64,000 bases of DNA from Mytilus edulis (lineage: Eukaryota). The DNA is taken from contig NC_092349.1 in the NCBI RefSeq assembly GCF_963676685.1, forward strand, positions 55,738,001 through 55,802,000. The letters are read 5' to 3'. The notes beneath the pieces were generated by a model. It was not told the DNA's origin. It searched no databases and saw only the letters and a list, made by a program, of their open reading frames with translations. The position numbers and the translations under genes were made by a program. Positions 49,790 through 63,764 of this stretch are shown piece after piece. Position 1 is the stretch's first letter; each line of letters starts with the position of its first letter.

Positions 49790-51810
49790 AATGATGAGGC
49801 CTTAGAAAGAGTTATTTCAAAGTTATCATCTTTGTCTCTTCGCCATCCATTAGAGCCTGATCTGGGTAGCATAGAGTCAATTCCCAGCTCGTCCCCCTAA
49901 ACACCTGCCTTAGTATATTGCACGTTTTACATGCTGGAAAAAACTAGACCAAGTTGAAAGAATACCCTCAATTAGTCTTCCCTTTTGCGCAAATAGTTAT
50001 TTTCTTGATTCGCTAACCGTGTTAACCCCATCTGATAAGTTTGTGTGAACCTACAGTTAAACATCGGTGATTTAGGCTGATCAATCATCATTCTTTATTT
50101 CAAAATCACATTTTCAAATGCCATCAATGTCTACCACGCAGTCTTTTTTTCCTTTTCAAGCAATCAGAGAACCATATCACAACTGGTAAAGACATGGATC
50201 ACAATAGTATGTATAATCACTTATTGCCAGGTGCATTTGAAAGGTCATTGATATATATTTATCCAAAGCTTTTTGCCCTCCCAAACACAATCCATAGTTC
50301 GTCTACCCCTGTCAAGGAATAGCGAAACAGTAACGACTATTCGAATCGTGACTCGTTTTAGTTCGTGTTTCATTGCATCAGACACATGCACCATGATTCT
50401 ATTGTCAGCCCCTTAATTGTGAACATTGTGATTAACTTGAAATACATCTCGAGGTAGATAAGATAGTATATCATGAGCACTTGTTATAAGAAGCAAGAGC
50501 TACATTTAGGGGAAAAGGGAATACACAGACGAATCCAGAGTCAAAACAAGATTATGACAATTAGAAAGAACTTTTAAGTTTTCATTCGCAACAGCTTGCT
50601 CAATAGATTTTGAGGAAAGGGTAGGTGTATCAACAATTGCTCAGGATGTTCTGTGTTATCCACCACAAGGTGATATTTCAAGCATAGGATCATGTTCACG
50701 TGAAGAGGCTGACACTTGAATCAAGATGCATGTGTCTAATGCAGTGAAACACAGACTTAACTGAGTCATGACTCGAACAGTCGATACTGATGTTGCTGTC
50801 ATTGCTGTTTCACTTTTCAGTAACATAGGGCAGACAAACTTTGGCTTGCATTTGAAAGTGGGAAAAGCTTCAGATATATATCTATCCACGACCTTCCAAA
50901 TACACTAGGCATTGAGAGATTACACGTTTGCTGGAAAAGGAACTGCGTTGGTGACATGGATGGTCTTTAAAGATGTTGCTCTATCATTTAGAATGATGAT
51001 TGATCAGCCAACATCACCAGATATGAATTTGACAATGTCATTGATAGAACGATACGTGGTTTTGTTGTAAGATCGAACAAACTTATCAGATGGGGTTAAC
51101 GAAGCAAGAAAAAATGTGTTTTTGGAAGAGGAAATACTAATTGAGGCCATTCCCACGACTCGGTCTAGTCTTTTTCAGCAAGTAAAACGTGCAACATATC
51201 ATGGCGGGTACGAATGAATAACAAGCTTGGTATTGGTTCCTATGCTAACTATATGTAGTCCATCGCTTATGAATGGCAAAGGGGAAAATATGATCCATGG
51301 GAACCTTTTGGACAACTCTTTGTGAGGCCTCTTCATCTTATCAGGAGCGTGTACATTATAGATGTAAGAAACAATCCCACGATCTTTGTAAATTTGAAAA
51401 ATAAGCTCTCCTATTTTGAATAAACATGTGTTAACGGCCATAAATAAGTCATTATAAACTTAAGATGTTTAAAAACTTTAGTGATTTTATTTTTGTTTTA
51501 ATCAGTCTATCCAAATCTCTACACCGAAGATATGGATTGAGGACTCATCTTTGTAAGTTACGCCATATTGGTTTTTTACCGGAAGTGTTAATTTTGTATT
51601 TTAACATATATAGCTGAATAGAATTAGTGGTTTTGAGGATGACGTAAAGCCAAAAATTTAATGGACAGTTAAACAAAACCATTTTATTTAAATTTGGAAA
51701 AATGATTAAAAAAAATGAAGATGAAAAATTATCAATATTTCTATGTCCACCATATTGAATATCACCGGAAGGAAGAGTTTCAAAAACATATGTCTTATAC
51801 ATTGTATCCA
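49790..51810 (+). mobile_element. AcademX-like DNA transposon remnant, copy 2
   Basis: CSREEADT*IKMHV...VMTRTVDTDVAVIAV (FEN/XPG-like EAD...DxD) at ~50693-50810; FAGKG; AIPTTRSSLFQQVKRATYHGG; colinear similarity to copy 1. Confidence 0.7.
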
Positions 51811-54089
51811 TGAGAAATTATTTTCGAAGATTGTATTTCTCGCGTTTAACCTATAACATTATATTTTGAGGCAATTTATTTTCGCCATTTTGTAATGTTG
51901 TTGTTTTGTTCCCATACAGATAGCTCTAAGATTCAAATATTAAGTTATATATTCCTATTCCTTTATAGTTTGATTTTTCCTTTATCTATTTCTATCTTTA
52001 GTACATGTGGAACAAGTTTGTAGAACTAACGTGCTGACCTTATTGTGAAATTAGTTCTCTCAAAACTTTGAAATTTTTAACCTTGTGTACCAATATTTCC
52101 CATGTGAAATTGAAAAATCGTCTAAAGAAAATACACCACAATGCTTTTCAACATAAAACGTTAGCATACGCTATACATTTATTACTTTGGGATATCATAC
52201 GGCATATTTGGTAAATAGTGAGCAAACAGATAATACATGCTACACAGATGAGATCTATACACAGATGAAAAGTGATAAGTAGGCTGATGTTTCTTATTGA
52301 CAACGTATTTGTTGAAATTTGATATAAACTTTTACAACAAATTGTCAAATTGATACATGTTCAGAAGAAAAAGCACAAATAAATATGATATACAGTAACA
52401 CAGTACAGCTACTGCATACTTTGGACTTAGGACAGGTATATATTACATAATATCGCGGTGTTTTAAATGTTAGCGGGCTCCTAACCCGCTCCTAACTTTC
52501 ACCTGGGCGGCAGTGCACCAGCATAACACAAAAGAACAAACTATAAAAATCAGTAAAAAAAACTTGACTCATCAGATGAATACAATGCAAAATAGTCAAC
52601 TCCCTTAAACAACACAGAAAATCGATCTGTAAGTTTTGCATTTACTGGAATTTCCAAACTAATAGAACATTCTAATGAAATTCTACTGCCAATGTTCGTC
52701 TAAATTTGTGACAGTCAGCCAGTACCAACACTTACAGATCTATGCAATGACCTATTTTATCAAAGTACAAACTTGCATGAGAAGTACTCAAAACAATTTT
52801 TTTTACAACTATTTCGAGGAGAACAAACATACAACACGTGTTTTAATGTTTATCTCAAAAACCTAAATAGAAATAGTATTCAATCGTAGAAAAATCATTA
52901 AAAGTGATATATTCTATCATGCATAGATCTGATTACTTGGCTAGGTTTGGCAATACGTCCTTTAAAACTATACTTATCATTTTAATGTTTAGTTTATGTT
53001 TACGATTTAAAAAACATTGGGCTCGAGCATCACTGAAGAGATATACAACATCAGTATATGCATCGGATGAAGTAGAATTGTGTTCGTTTAATAGGATTAC
53101 CACTGCATGTATTCATATATATTACAATACATCTAAAGCAACATTATTTTCAAAGCACTGACACATATGCGCATATTGCATATCATTTTAAGCAGTAATA
53201 TTATTTCCAAATATATATATTAATGTTTTTATAAAGTATGCAGCTAACCAATTAACAATGTGAGCTTATCGAGGCAACAAGACAAATTTTCAAAAGTATT
53301 CGGAAGGGAGAAGACCAAAATTTGAACTTTTCCAAAAGACTTAAATATATTTCTAAATATATGAGGAAATACTATATATTTCCACACTTTTTTTATCATG
53401 AATTAAAAGTAATGTATTTTATCGATTCCTGAAAGCCCCTGTGCATTTCTATACATTTTACTTGGGCTTGATACGGGTGATGTGTGACGTCGCCAAAGTC
53501 ACGTGATGACTGCTATAGTTGGATATGCATGACTTGTGATATTGTACTAACTAAGTACAGTACCAGGAATTTCAAAGTGCAACTATCCTTTTTCACATTT
53601 TGTTTGCGCTACTGATAACGTTACTAATTTAGCGCTTTGTTTTATGTAACTTTATTTATTGCTTTTGATGTAAATGTTGAGATGAATGTAATATCCATAT
53701 AAAAAAAGTATAACAAAAATACTTAGCTCGAAGGCATATAAAAAACCGTTTCACAACATACGAATAACAACAAAACACACGTTAGATGTGATTAAAATTA
53801 TACAAACAAAAACTTAATATAAAAAATTATAAATAAAATGTCAATAATACATGAAAAAAAACCTCCCACTCTAGGTATTGTATTTTTAAATCTTTGGAAA
53901 GCTGACCATTGCATTTCAATTAAAACATATTATAAAAGTTATTGTGTTCTTTCATGGTAAGCTATTATACATTCACCATTGCTAATAGTTGATTATGACA
54001 CAATAGTTTTCGTAGGGTTAGTTTTAGGTCATCAGATAACCCCTCTAGAGATGTCCGAAGAACTACCCAGAAATCATGCTCTTCGTAAT

Positions 54090-54247
54090 AGTAAAAGTTC
54101 AATGATAAGTTAATATTGATATTCAAAGACCTCCGAACAAAAAGGGATGATCAGATCCCCGAGCCAGAAGGGCGAAGGGATTTGAACAGCCCTTTTTGTG
54201 AGGAGGTCTTTGAATGTCAATACTAACTTAATCATTGAACTTTTACT
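54090..54247. repeat. ~158-bp imperfect palindrome (element terminus)
   Basis: agtaaaagttcaatgataagtt...caaagacctcc..acaaaaaggg / ccctttttgt..ggaggtctttg...aacttaatcattgaacttttact around a GC-rich centre gagccagaagggcg. Confidence 0.85.
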
Positions 54248-55339
54248 GACTTACAAACCGTCAAAAATATAAGAAAAGTACATAAAAAGCACTTGCAGAA
54301 ACCTAATTCCCCTGAACTGGGCGAGTCTAAATATGTTCAACTTAAATGATAGTTAAACAGTACTCAGACTGATATATACAATTAACAGTTAATTGAAATG
54401 AAAACGGACCAATTTAATGGCATTACATCATATAATTATTATTGATGATAAAAAAAAATTAGCATCTAAATAACACTAAATGATAGTTTTACAAAATAAG
54501 GGGGTAAATTTATATTTTTTTATCCAACTTTTCAAAATAACGATTTCTTATTTAATAAATCAGGCAATCAAAACCCCATACAGACCTCATTTATAATTGA
54601 CCAATGAATAGTATGCCCAACAACTTCATGCTATATATACTTGATGTTTTTGATCTGTCAGTAATCATGAAATAGATTCATAAGGATCAGACCTTAGAAA
54701 ACAGTAAGTAAAGTTAAAACTCTTCCAACAATTAGTTTTTTAAACAGTTAGTTTCAGAACTTCTAATCGGACACACCTAGAAGCATAAGGTCCTCCACAA
54801 TATTCATCCGGTAAATGTTCCTTTTGTATCTGATTTGGTTATTTTCATACATTACGTTACATGCGAATGCAAAAAAGTTTTGTCTATTCAGTCCAACTAA
54901 TAAAAAGATCTAGCTTTATTTGTGTTTTTTTAAATAAAAAACTATGCATGCAAACTTCAATGAATAAAACCGTATTAAACTAGGTTTCACTGGCCCGATC
55001 AAAACTTGTGAGGCGAGATATATACCGTAGGTCAATGCATTATATGAAAACAAACTCTTTAATTTAGTCGTCCGTTATTCCCTTTTCATGTCTAATTAAA
55101 GCAAAAAAGCCTGAAAAAACTTTTATCTTTTATCCTTGCCTGGCAAAACATTTAAAATGTTATAAATCGTATTAAAACAGTAGATAAGAACCATAGTAAA
55201 AAAATATTTAAAACTTTTTTAATTAGAATTCAGTTTTGTGATAAACTGAAGAGACCCCCCCTCCCCCACCCCCCAAAAAACCTATTTAAAATGGAAGTAT
55301 CTTTGTGTGCTAAGTATTAGTACAGAGAAATCAATTAAG

Positions 55340-55635
55340 TTGATTGATTGTTGATTGCTTTCCGTCCAGAAGCAAATATTTCATGCATGTTTATGACTAT
55401 AACACATAAATTTCAAATACAGTAGATAGGTCGTACAATAGGAGGTCGACAGTGAGGTTGGACGTGAAACTTTAAAATGCCTCTGGAAAATGAGGGTACA
55501 TGCATATTGAATAAGGACAGAAATTTAGACTTGAAACAGCTGGCAATATTCGGACCACTCGAATAAAAGGTGCAAGAGTTTTTAAATTGCCGATAGCATT
55601 GATCCATAAAATCCACCCTGAAGTCGATCATCCAT
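55340..55635 (-). mobile_element. SINE-like repeat 3' portion with (gatt)n tail
   Basis: gattgattgttgattgct...gtccag..gcaaatatttcatgcat shared with ~22700-22800 and ~57318-57380. Confidence 0.55.
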
Positions 55636-55780
55636 GTTTACATGTAGTTTAAAATATAATTTCACGCATCCAATTTAGGTTAGATACTTTTAGCTATCTT
55701 AAGTATTTGTGAGAATTCTGTGAAACTGTATTGTGTATTGTACTTTAGTTTTTAATATGATATTCTGTACTACCGATCCC

Positions 55781-56125
55781 TACCGCTCTCTTGGTTAGTC
55801 TCGTGTGGGGGCGTTCGGCTCGAGAGCGGGAGGTCATTTGTTCGAATCCCGAACGACTCAAACAAAGACGTTAATTAAATTGGTATTCTATTTCAACGCT
55901 AAACGCATGGATTCATAGACTGAGAGCACAGACTGGCCGGCTCAGAGTCGGAAATGTGTCCGGGTCGGGTGACTTTTCTTCCTGCGAACTAATATCTTGT
56001 GAACTTACACAAAAAAAAACCGACTCAGCTTGTCAGTCTAGTAAAAACGGGGTTAATACTCTTATTATATTTACATGTAATCGTCCTGAATATTATTTTA
56101 TTTGCCGCTGGTCGTCATCCATTAT
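55781..56125 (+). mobile_element. tRNA-derived SINE, probably MESC/Meta-domain type
   Basis: Box B gttcgaatccc at ~55840; core gactggccggctcagagtcgg..atgtgtccgggt; degenerate. Confidence 0.6.
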
Positions 56126-58479
56126 CATTATATATTTTACCGTTTTATTATACAGTGAAGGGTTTTTCTTTTACTGGTTTACATTCCATTTTCTTAAATT
56201 TTCACGAATCAAAATTAAACTATGGCAGGTGAAATTTTTCAACCAAACACTTGTAATTGTTGGGATATCTTTGACGATAATATAATTAAATCAAATGTGC
56301 GTTTTCGGATATATATTGTTGAATTGACTCCGTATAACTATTATATAGTCATGGGTCGGTTTTGAGCTTATATTCTGTATACCCATCTTTCTATAAAAAA
56401 AAAGACCGAATGTTGATTCTAAATATTTTTATTTATCTGTGTCTTTGGGTTGCTACCGCATTAATGTATACCTTTATCTCCTTTTATTCAAAACCAAATG
56501 ATTCGCTTGGGTATAGAAATATTGACATCTCTAGACCTCTCCCGTCCCACAGTATACCCTTGCTAAATGGGTGCGTTCGTTTGGCCTTTTGGTTATATGA
56601 ATACGCAGCTTTGTCCGATCAAAATATGATAGGAATGTATATCCGATGCCTGGTGCAGTGAAAATTTCACGCTATCTTTACCTTTAAAAAACAGTCGAGG
56701 GAAAGACGATCTACGCACGAGCTGAATGATTGAAATGTGTAAACAAACAAGAAAGGTCAGCTAAATCTTTTCAAATAAGTCGCATGGCTGATTTTAACAA
56801 CATTTTTTGTGACTTTTGCTAGAACAGTAGTAGATGAAAAAAAAAAATATAAGAAAACCGATCATCAAGACAATATAAAAAAATAAAACGCCCAAAATAA
56901 GTTGAATCTTTTTATAAATTGTTGTCAACCTTTTTTTTGTCATTTTTTTTTTTGTTGCTTTTATGACAACTATACCAGTCTGAGATATAAATAATCTTGA
57001 AACAGCAAATGTTGTCACCTAGACGAGACAGCCGTCATTGTACGCTTTAATATATGAGTTATTGCCACTCATTGAAAATTGTTTTTCTGTTCTAGTCCCC
57101 TATTAGTTTTGCTGGAAATTATACAATGTAACCCCTGATGTGTACTACGACAACGTTTTTTAATGTTACAAAAAGATTAAATGCAAAGAGAAAAATGATG
57201 GAAGACATGCTAAGATTTACGCATAAAAATTCAAATGTAAATAATAATGAAATATATAAAAATTGGAAAATTGTTTGAGACTATAATCAACTGAGGACAA
57301 ATACATCACTACATGAAGCTGATTAATTTATTGCTTCTTTTTGTCCAGTGGCAAATATGTCATGCATATTCTTGACTAGATTCAAAGTGGATCAATCTGA
57401 AGGAAATGCTTACAAATTTAGAGTAGCACTTTTTACAATAAGGCAGAGCGTTCGCTAGAGGTAAAACGTATGCCGTAATAGAATAGATTTCAACCATAAT
57501 GATCGGACTCGTAAGTTAAGCTATTAGCCCTCCTTCCCTCATTTTCCTCCACGATAGACGAATGTCATAAACAAAACGTCATGAATTTACAATCAATAAC
57601 GGCCACTATAAGTAAATGAGATATGGACTTTTTTATAAATAAATTCCTATTGCAGCCAACATCTCCCGGTTCGGGACAGGTTATTATTTCCACAAATACC
57701 GCCTGATTATTGATCAAAAGCACTTTGAATCAAACAAATTCTTAATGTGTTGTTGTCTTTAATGTCGTTTATTTACTTTTATAGTGAAAGACAACTGTGA
57801 ATACCGTGTGGTATCCACCCTATATTACTCTACCGCAGAATTACCACCTCGGGTGTTGGTTCACCATATTTAAATTCTTAATTGTAAATTAAGGTATTTT
57901 GCTGGGTGTTTTTTTCCCGATCCTATTTCGGACCCCCTGATTTTAAGAGGGCGTATTTAATTAGTCATGCCCGATTAACTACTTTAAGTCAATTGAACCT
58001 CTACTTAAAGACCTACACCGGGTAAATAAGTTCGAGGTACAATAATTAGACAATAGAAATCCTTTGTGAAATGGGATCGTCCCAGGTTTCTTAAATAATT
58101 ATTTTGCGTTGAATAACAATGAAAAATGCACGAGCAGGTTTGTAACGGAAACTAATAATGGCTAACATAGACGATACATTCTACTGAAGAGCAATCGGCC
58201 GTTCCTGACTGTAGGAACGACCATCCAAGGTATCTATTGGTCTTTAGATATACTCGGAATTACAACAACACACACTTTTTCGCCTAAGGTTAGTCTCTTG
58301 GCGTTGAAAATTAAATACGTGCTAACAGATGAACTACTACATAATGCAAAAACCTCTGTAATTAAACAAATCACTTTGATAAGATAAGACCTTCATAAAA
58401 AAGACATCATTTGCACTTGGCGAGTTAAACTTACAATATACGTTATTAAAATAGAACATGAAGCGGACAATTATAGGGA

Positions 58480-58610
58480 ACTAATGGTAGTGTTAATGAT
58501 CATTGGTGGCGCTATGTATATAATTTGAATAATTCCAGCCTTCGTAACCAATGCTAGTACTAATGACCATTGATGGCGCAATGTATATAATTTGGATTAT
58601 TTCAGCCGTC
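58480..58610. repeat. Tandem duplication, ~68-bp period
   Basis: aatg.tagt..taatga.cattg.tggcgc.atgtatataattt...cagcc occurs twice. Confidence 0.75.
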
Positions 58611-58729
58611 GTTGAATCAAAGCTACCCGGTGTTTACTCCTTTAATTCTGCATGAAGAGAAGCGATTTGAATAAATGAAGAGAAAACATATAGTTATTCC
58701 TGAAGGAATAGAGGTTGGATTGATCACAT

Positions 58730-59077
58730 TTGTAAAAGTGTATATTAACTGTACATTAACTGTACATCTGTAAAACTGTTTATAAACTGTACATTTTAAA
58801 AATTGTATATAAATTGCAGCTCTGTAAAAATGTACATTAAGCACACGTTTTTAAGTCTGTGTATAAGCTAAACATATAGATTCTACCACTGCATCTTGTG
58901 TGATACGATATCTATCCACAGCTTATTTACAGTTTTACAGATGTCTAGTTTATACAGACGTACAGTTTATCTACAGCTTTACAGCTGTGCAGTTGATTTA
59001 CCAGTTCAGATGCACAGTTGCTATGCATCTTTAGAACTTTACACCAAGATTACTTGTACTATAGTAGCTGTGTAGGA
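58730..59077. mobile_element. MITE fragment (centre + right half), same family as 27608-27905
   Basis: Same subrepeats, flipping orientation at ~58915; ends ctttagaactttacaccaagattacttgta...gctgtgtagga. Confidence 0.6.
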
Positions 59078-59084
59078 AACCATT

Positions 59085-59720
59085 TGTTTGAAATACACAT
59101 ACTTAGAAATGTTGTTTTTTTCAGCATCTGGTAGATCAAAATAGCAAAGACAAAACTGTTTAATAAGTGAATGAAAGTTTACTTAAGCGTACTTTAATTT
59201 AAGGCAGACCTTTTCAGTGAAAGAAAGTCCAAACTTTATTACATATTTTTAACCATACATTCGGACCAATCTTGTTGTGTGGATCTGAAAATTGGGTCAT
59301 ACACCACACAAGAAACACAAATATTTGAATAGTTTTATATCAAAAGAAACTTATTATCTTTTTCTAGAAAGAATTCATACTAAGCTTTGTAAATTTGGAC
59401 TTGGAGTTGACATAGAAACATCAAATATGGCATGTAGAGGAGAACTAGGCTTACTCCCTACATTATGCAATTATCAATAAGACAAATTATTGGTTTCATC
59501 TTATGAAAGATAGTAAATCTTTAAATATGTTCTGATGGGAAGCCATAAATATATCTCATTTCATTCCAAGGACACATCTTAAACCTAACAATGAATCTTG
59601 GATAGGAAAAATTAAACATATATTTAAATTCCTAGATTGAGACTTTCTATTTATAAACCTTAACACAAAACCATCTATTAAAAAAAGGTAAACAATTCTC
59701 TACAGATAGTTTCAGAAAAT
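59085..59720 (+). mobile_element. Non-LTR retrotransposon RT C-terminal remnant (RTEX/L2-like)
   Basis: PILLCGSENW, LERIHTKLCKF-LGVDIETSNMACRGELGLLP; frameshifted. Confidence 0.7.
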
Positions 59721-62068
59721 TTGGGTAGCCATTCCGAAGCCAGGAGCATGTAGTACAATTATGTTGTTGGATAAAACTGGTTAATTATTAACTTAATACC
59801 AAACAGACAACAATACAATATAAGCATGTATGTATAACACATGTATGATAATTTAATGAAGGTTTCGTCCCGCTAGGATAATAAAAAAAATATGTTGCTA
59901 TTTTCTTTTTAGATTAAAAATTTGGAACTGACGTCGGCGACGTTATCATTCAAGTGGGAAACATAAGCTTCTCTTGCTATAAAGGGGAATAATTGGTCTG
60001 ATCCTGGTCCCCCCCCCCAATAACGTTGAGAGGGAAAAGTTGTTGATCATGCCAATTTTTCAGGGGGAAAAATAGGATTGATCCAGTCCCCCCCATCCCC
60101 CGGAAAAAATGGCATTGGGGAAGAATGGCTATAGGACACCGGCATCAAAAATCTAAAATTATCGTCTGTTTTTCATATATATGTATATACCGGTATCACA
60201 ATAAAGGTTGACCAGGAACAGATGTATTTTTTAATAGAATTTTTTTTCAATGGTTGATAACAATAAAGTTTGGCTATAGATAGTAAATAAGTGTTTTCTT
60301 TATTTTAAAGTATAACATAGCCTCTCAAGCTTAGCCTCTAGACTTGCGTAAGCGGTTACGGAACTGACGCACGGAATTTCACTGGTGCTGTTGTTAAGAA
60401 GCTTTTTTTATAGCAGAATAGAAATCAGCGTATGATTCGTTAATTACTTGATATTACCAGATAGAATTGAAAGAACCTAATATAATTTAAAAGATGTGAT
60501 CATATTTTTGAAAATGGTGGAATTCGTACTCCGTGAAAGGTAAGTTACGCATAAGCTACCATGAACATCATTGTCACGTAAAAAGTTCTTCCCTCTTTTC
60601 ATGTTGTTATTTCTGAAGAAAAAGCGAAATAAAAACAAAATCTTAATTTTATGATTCATTTTCTTTTATTTGCTTCAACGTTATTCAAAATGAAGTACTT
60701 AAAACGGAACACAAAATACTAAACACGTAAAAAATTCCGCGGCACAGCAGACGTTTACAGTTGCTGTTTCGATGTGGTTCATATCGCCTGCACGCTGCGT
60801 TTGAAAGAAAAGGATTTACGTTCGTGTCTCATCTTGACCTTTTTTTTCCTTCATCGTTTAGTATTTTTTTTACATTTGTCGTTTTAAATCATATTATTAT
60901 TATCAATAATTTTGTAAAGACACCTTGAACAACTTAAAAATAAAGATAAATAAAAGTATATATCCAAACTTTGTTCATTGTTAATTCTCAAGCTACGTAT
61001 ACATTTTCTATGTCATAGTATCATTATCGAAAGATTTGCATGTGTTTTACCCATGAAGAAATGGTATATGTGCTAAAGGGGAAAGTTCCGTCTGTTGACT
61101 TTGATGATAGATATAAATAAGAAAAAAATCGACATGCACCAATAAACATTAAGACATGACTTTTTTTTAAAATCTGTATACATAAAAAGATTCTGCAGAC
61201 AGTGGACCTCAATTATTACATGATAATTCCCTTGTAGAATTAAAAATGAGTGAGTATCTATATAATGTTATGCAATCGATTATTTGATACTGAATGCAGA
61301 AGATTCATAGTTTAAATAAAAGCATTGCGATTTTAAATTAGATATTTATGCGCAGCATCCAGAAGTAAAGGTACATTTATGTTTTACATTATGTTATAGT
61401 ATGAAAATGTATGAACTATTTGCAACTGATTGTTAAAAACATCAATACATTCATTTAATATTCATATAAGCAAACACAGAATAAATTTGACAACTTAGAA
61501 TGTTATTTCTATTATGGAAAATCTTACGAGAATTTCATGTGATGCACTGGCTTGCACAATCTTCGCTATTGAGAAGCGGTTAAGACGGAGTTTCATATTA
61601 AAAGGAATTTTTTATATTTGAATCCAAATGTTGTGGTATGTGAATAACAATCATCAAACCCCAATATGACTGTTACCAAAAAACCAATTAATGATGAACA
61701 GGCATCATAATGTCAGGCTTGTCAAATGTCGAAAGTGTGTTGGTATTCTCTGTAGTTTGTTTGCTGTCTTATTCATTCGCCTTTCCATTTAATATGGCTA
61801 TTCTGCACAACACATTATAAAATATATTCCTCCTATATTCATTAACAGGTTTGTTTCTATTCTCATCTTTACAATTATAATTATTAAATGTAATCATGTT
61901 ATTTTACCAAAATTCTTATAGCACAGGCTAACGTTAGATTTCGAAATACAGTTAACACATACATATTTAACAAAAACAGATTGCAATGAAATTGTTTAGG
62001 AGTTGAATAGATTTTGCAATTGAATGTACTCAATATAAATTGTATCCTCTTATGTTGTTGTTTTCAGA

Positions 62069-63660
62069 ATGGACAACATAAGAAGGGGACGAAAAGATTT
62101 TAAAGCATATTGTGGGAATAAAGAACAAAACCCGGAAAAAGAAGACCTTTGTGTGGAGAAGCAAATAAAAATCTGCGCAATGTTTTCAGTTAGAGTTTCC
62201 TTGTTTTACCTAATAAGGATGACGTTATCTGTGATACGTGTCGACGGAAATACAGGAAGAACAGGCACAAGTTGAGGGCTTACGATACAGTTACGGTGAG
62301 GAAATGACGTTGCTTACGTAAAATGTTATTTTCGCAACGTCAAACTATGACTTATCGGGAAAAGATGCAGTTTTCGACTGATTTTTATCATTCAAACTTA
62401 TTTAACTTGAAAACGACTTCATGGTCCCCTCTGTTTTAAAATGCTAATAGGTCAAGGACAATACAGTGATTAAGAAATGTAATTCTCCAGCTGGTAACAG
62501 TGGATTACAAAATTAATTCATGTTTTGATAATGATATAATACGGTTTATAACTATGTTTCCTTGTTTAAATGTGTATTCATATTTTTGTTGAAATGTACT
62601 TTCATTCTAATCATTCTAATTTTGTGCTTTATTTTGTTATTCATTTATTAAATAGCTCATATTTTGGGCATCATGATTGGTTAAAAAAAATTGTTATCTT
62701 ATCGTATCAATATACCACGCTAACATGTGTCATAAAAAATGTGAATGAATTAAAATGATGGTATCTATCTAAATTCAAACTTAATACCCAAATAACATAA
62801 TAAAATATTAACATATAAATAAGACAACCACTGTCCGGTCAAATAATAAAGATATTCGAATAATGATTTAATGGGGAAATGTATTCATCCCTTTATTTTA
62901 AGGTATGTATCCATCAAATTTTTTGATAAAAAAAAAATGTCATTAACATGTCAAAACAGGAAGTACATTTCAACATGAATTATTAAAAAGCAAATGATGA
63001 TTTATTTTTAACAAGAAAACACGGGAGGATTTTATCCATAAATATATATATATATATATATAAAGTGTCTAGAAAATCAACCTAAAGATGTTAGAGTAGA
63101 TTTGATTCGTAACTTCCTCCCCGGCGCCGGGGCTGGAACCTGTACTTTATTTTCTAACTTCTAAGACAACACCGCCTAGCATTGCGCAGAGACCTTATCC
63201 CCTCCTCTAACTCTAGCTTATTATATATATCTAAGAATCAAGGACACATATGCTGCTTTATTTGACAGAAATCAAACGATATTCAAGATCAAGTTCAAGG
63301 TAAAATAATTTCATGACAGTCACTGTCAATTGATCTTGACCATTTTTGGAATTCTAATTGAGCTGTTTTCCACTAAATTAAAAAAAAAACTAATGTCATC
63401 TTTTGTAAAGATCAAGGCAGTTGACATGTCTAAAGCCATGCAAAGGAGAACGGGAAGCTTTTGAAGAAAATTCCATCGTGAAGGACATAGCGGATTACAT
63501 TAGAGATGAAGTTGATGACACGTACGGCGGGCGATATCACTGCATTGTTGGAATATATTTTGGCTTTTCCATTACATACGATCTGAGATATTATTTCCAT
63601 GTCAAACTGAATGGATATACCATCTTGTTTTTCAGACATTGCCAGGTGCCACAAAGTTGA
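62069..63660 (+). pseudogene. Dynein light chain LC8 (type 1) family gene, frameshifted; probable pseudogene or null allele
   Basis: Exon 63411-63660 after a gtaaag acceptor reads IKAVDMSKAMQRRT (cf. LC8 IKNADMSEEMQQDS), then shifts frame at 63453 to EAFEENSIVKDIADYIRDEVDDTYGGRYHCIVGIYFGFSITY...ILFFR (cf. [42 protein letters not shown]...ILLFK). Candidate first coding exon 62068-~62158 (MDNIRR...EDLCVE) lacks a good donor. Family call is solid; the upstream exon is tentative. Confidence 0.8.
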
Positions 63661-63764
63661 AATTAAGACAAAAGGCTGTAACACTATTGGAAAAACTGTA
63701 TATATTTATTAATGATGAATTTAATTTATAATAATATTTACGCAAATCAATCGTGATGTCAATC

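Noticed and set aside
63421-63660. ORF-track 79-aa protein as a complete dynein light chain
   Set aside because: It starts at TTG, and its first ~11 residues are off-frame relative to the LC8-like N-terminus.
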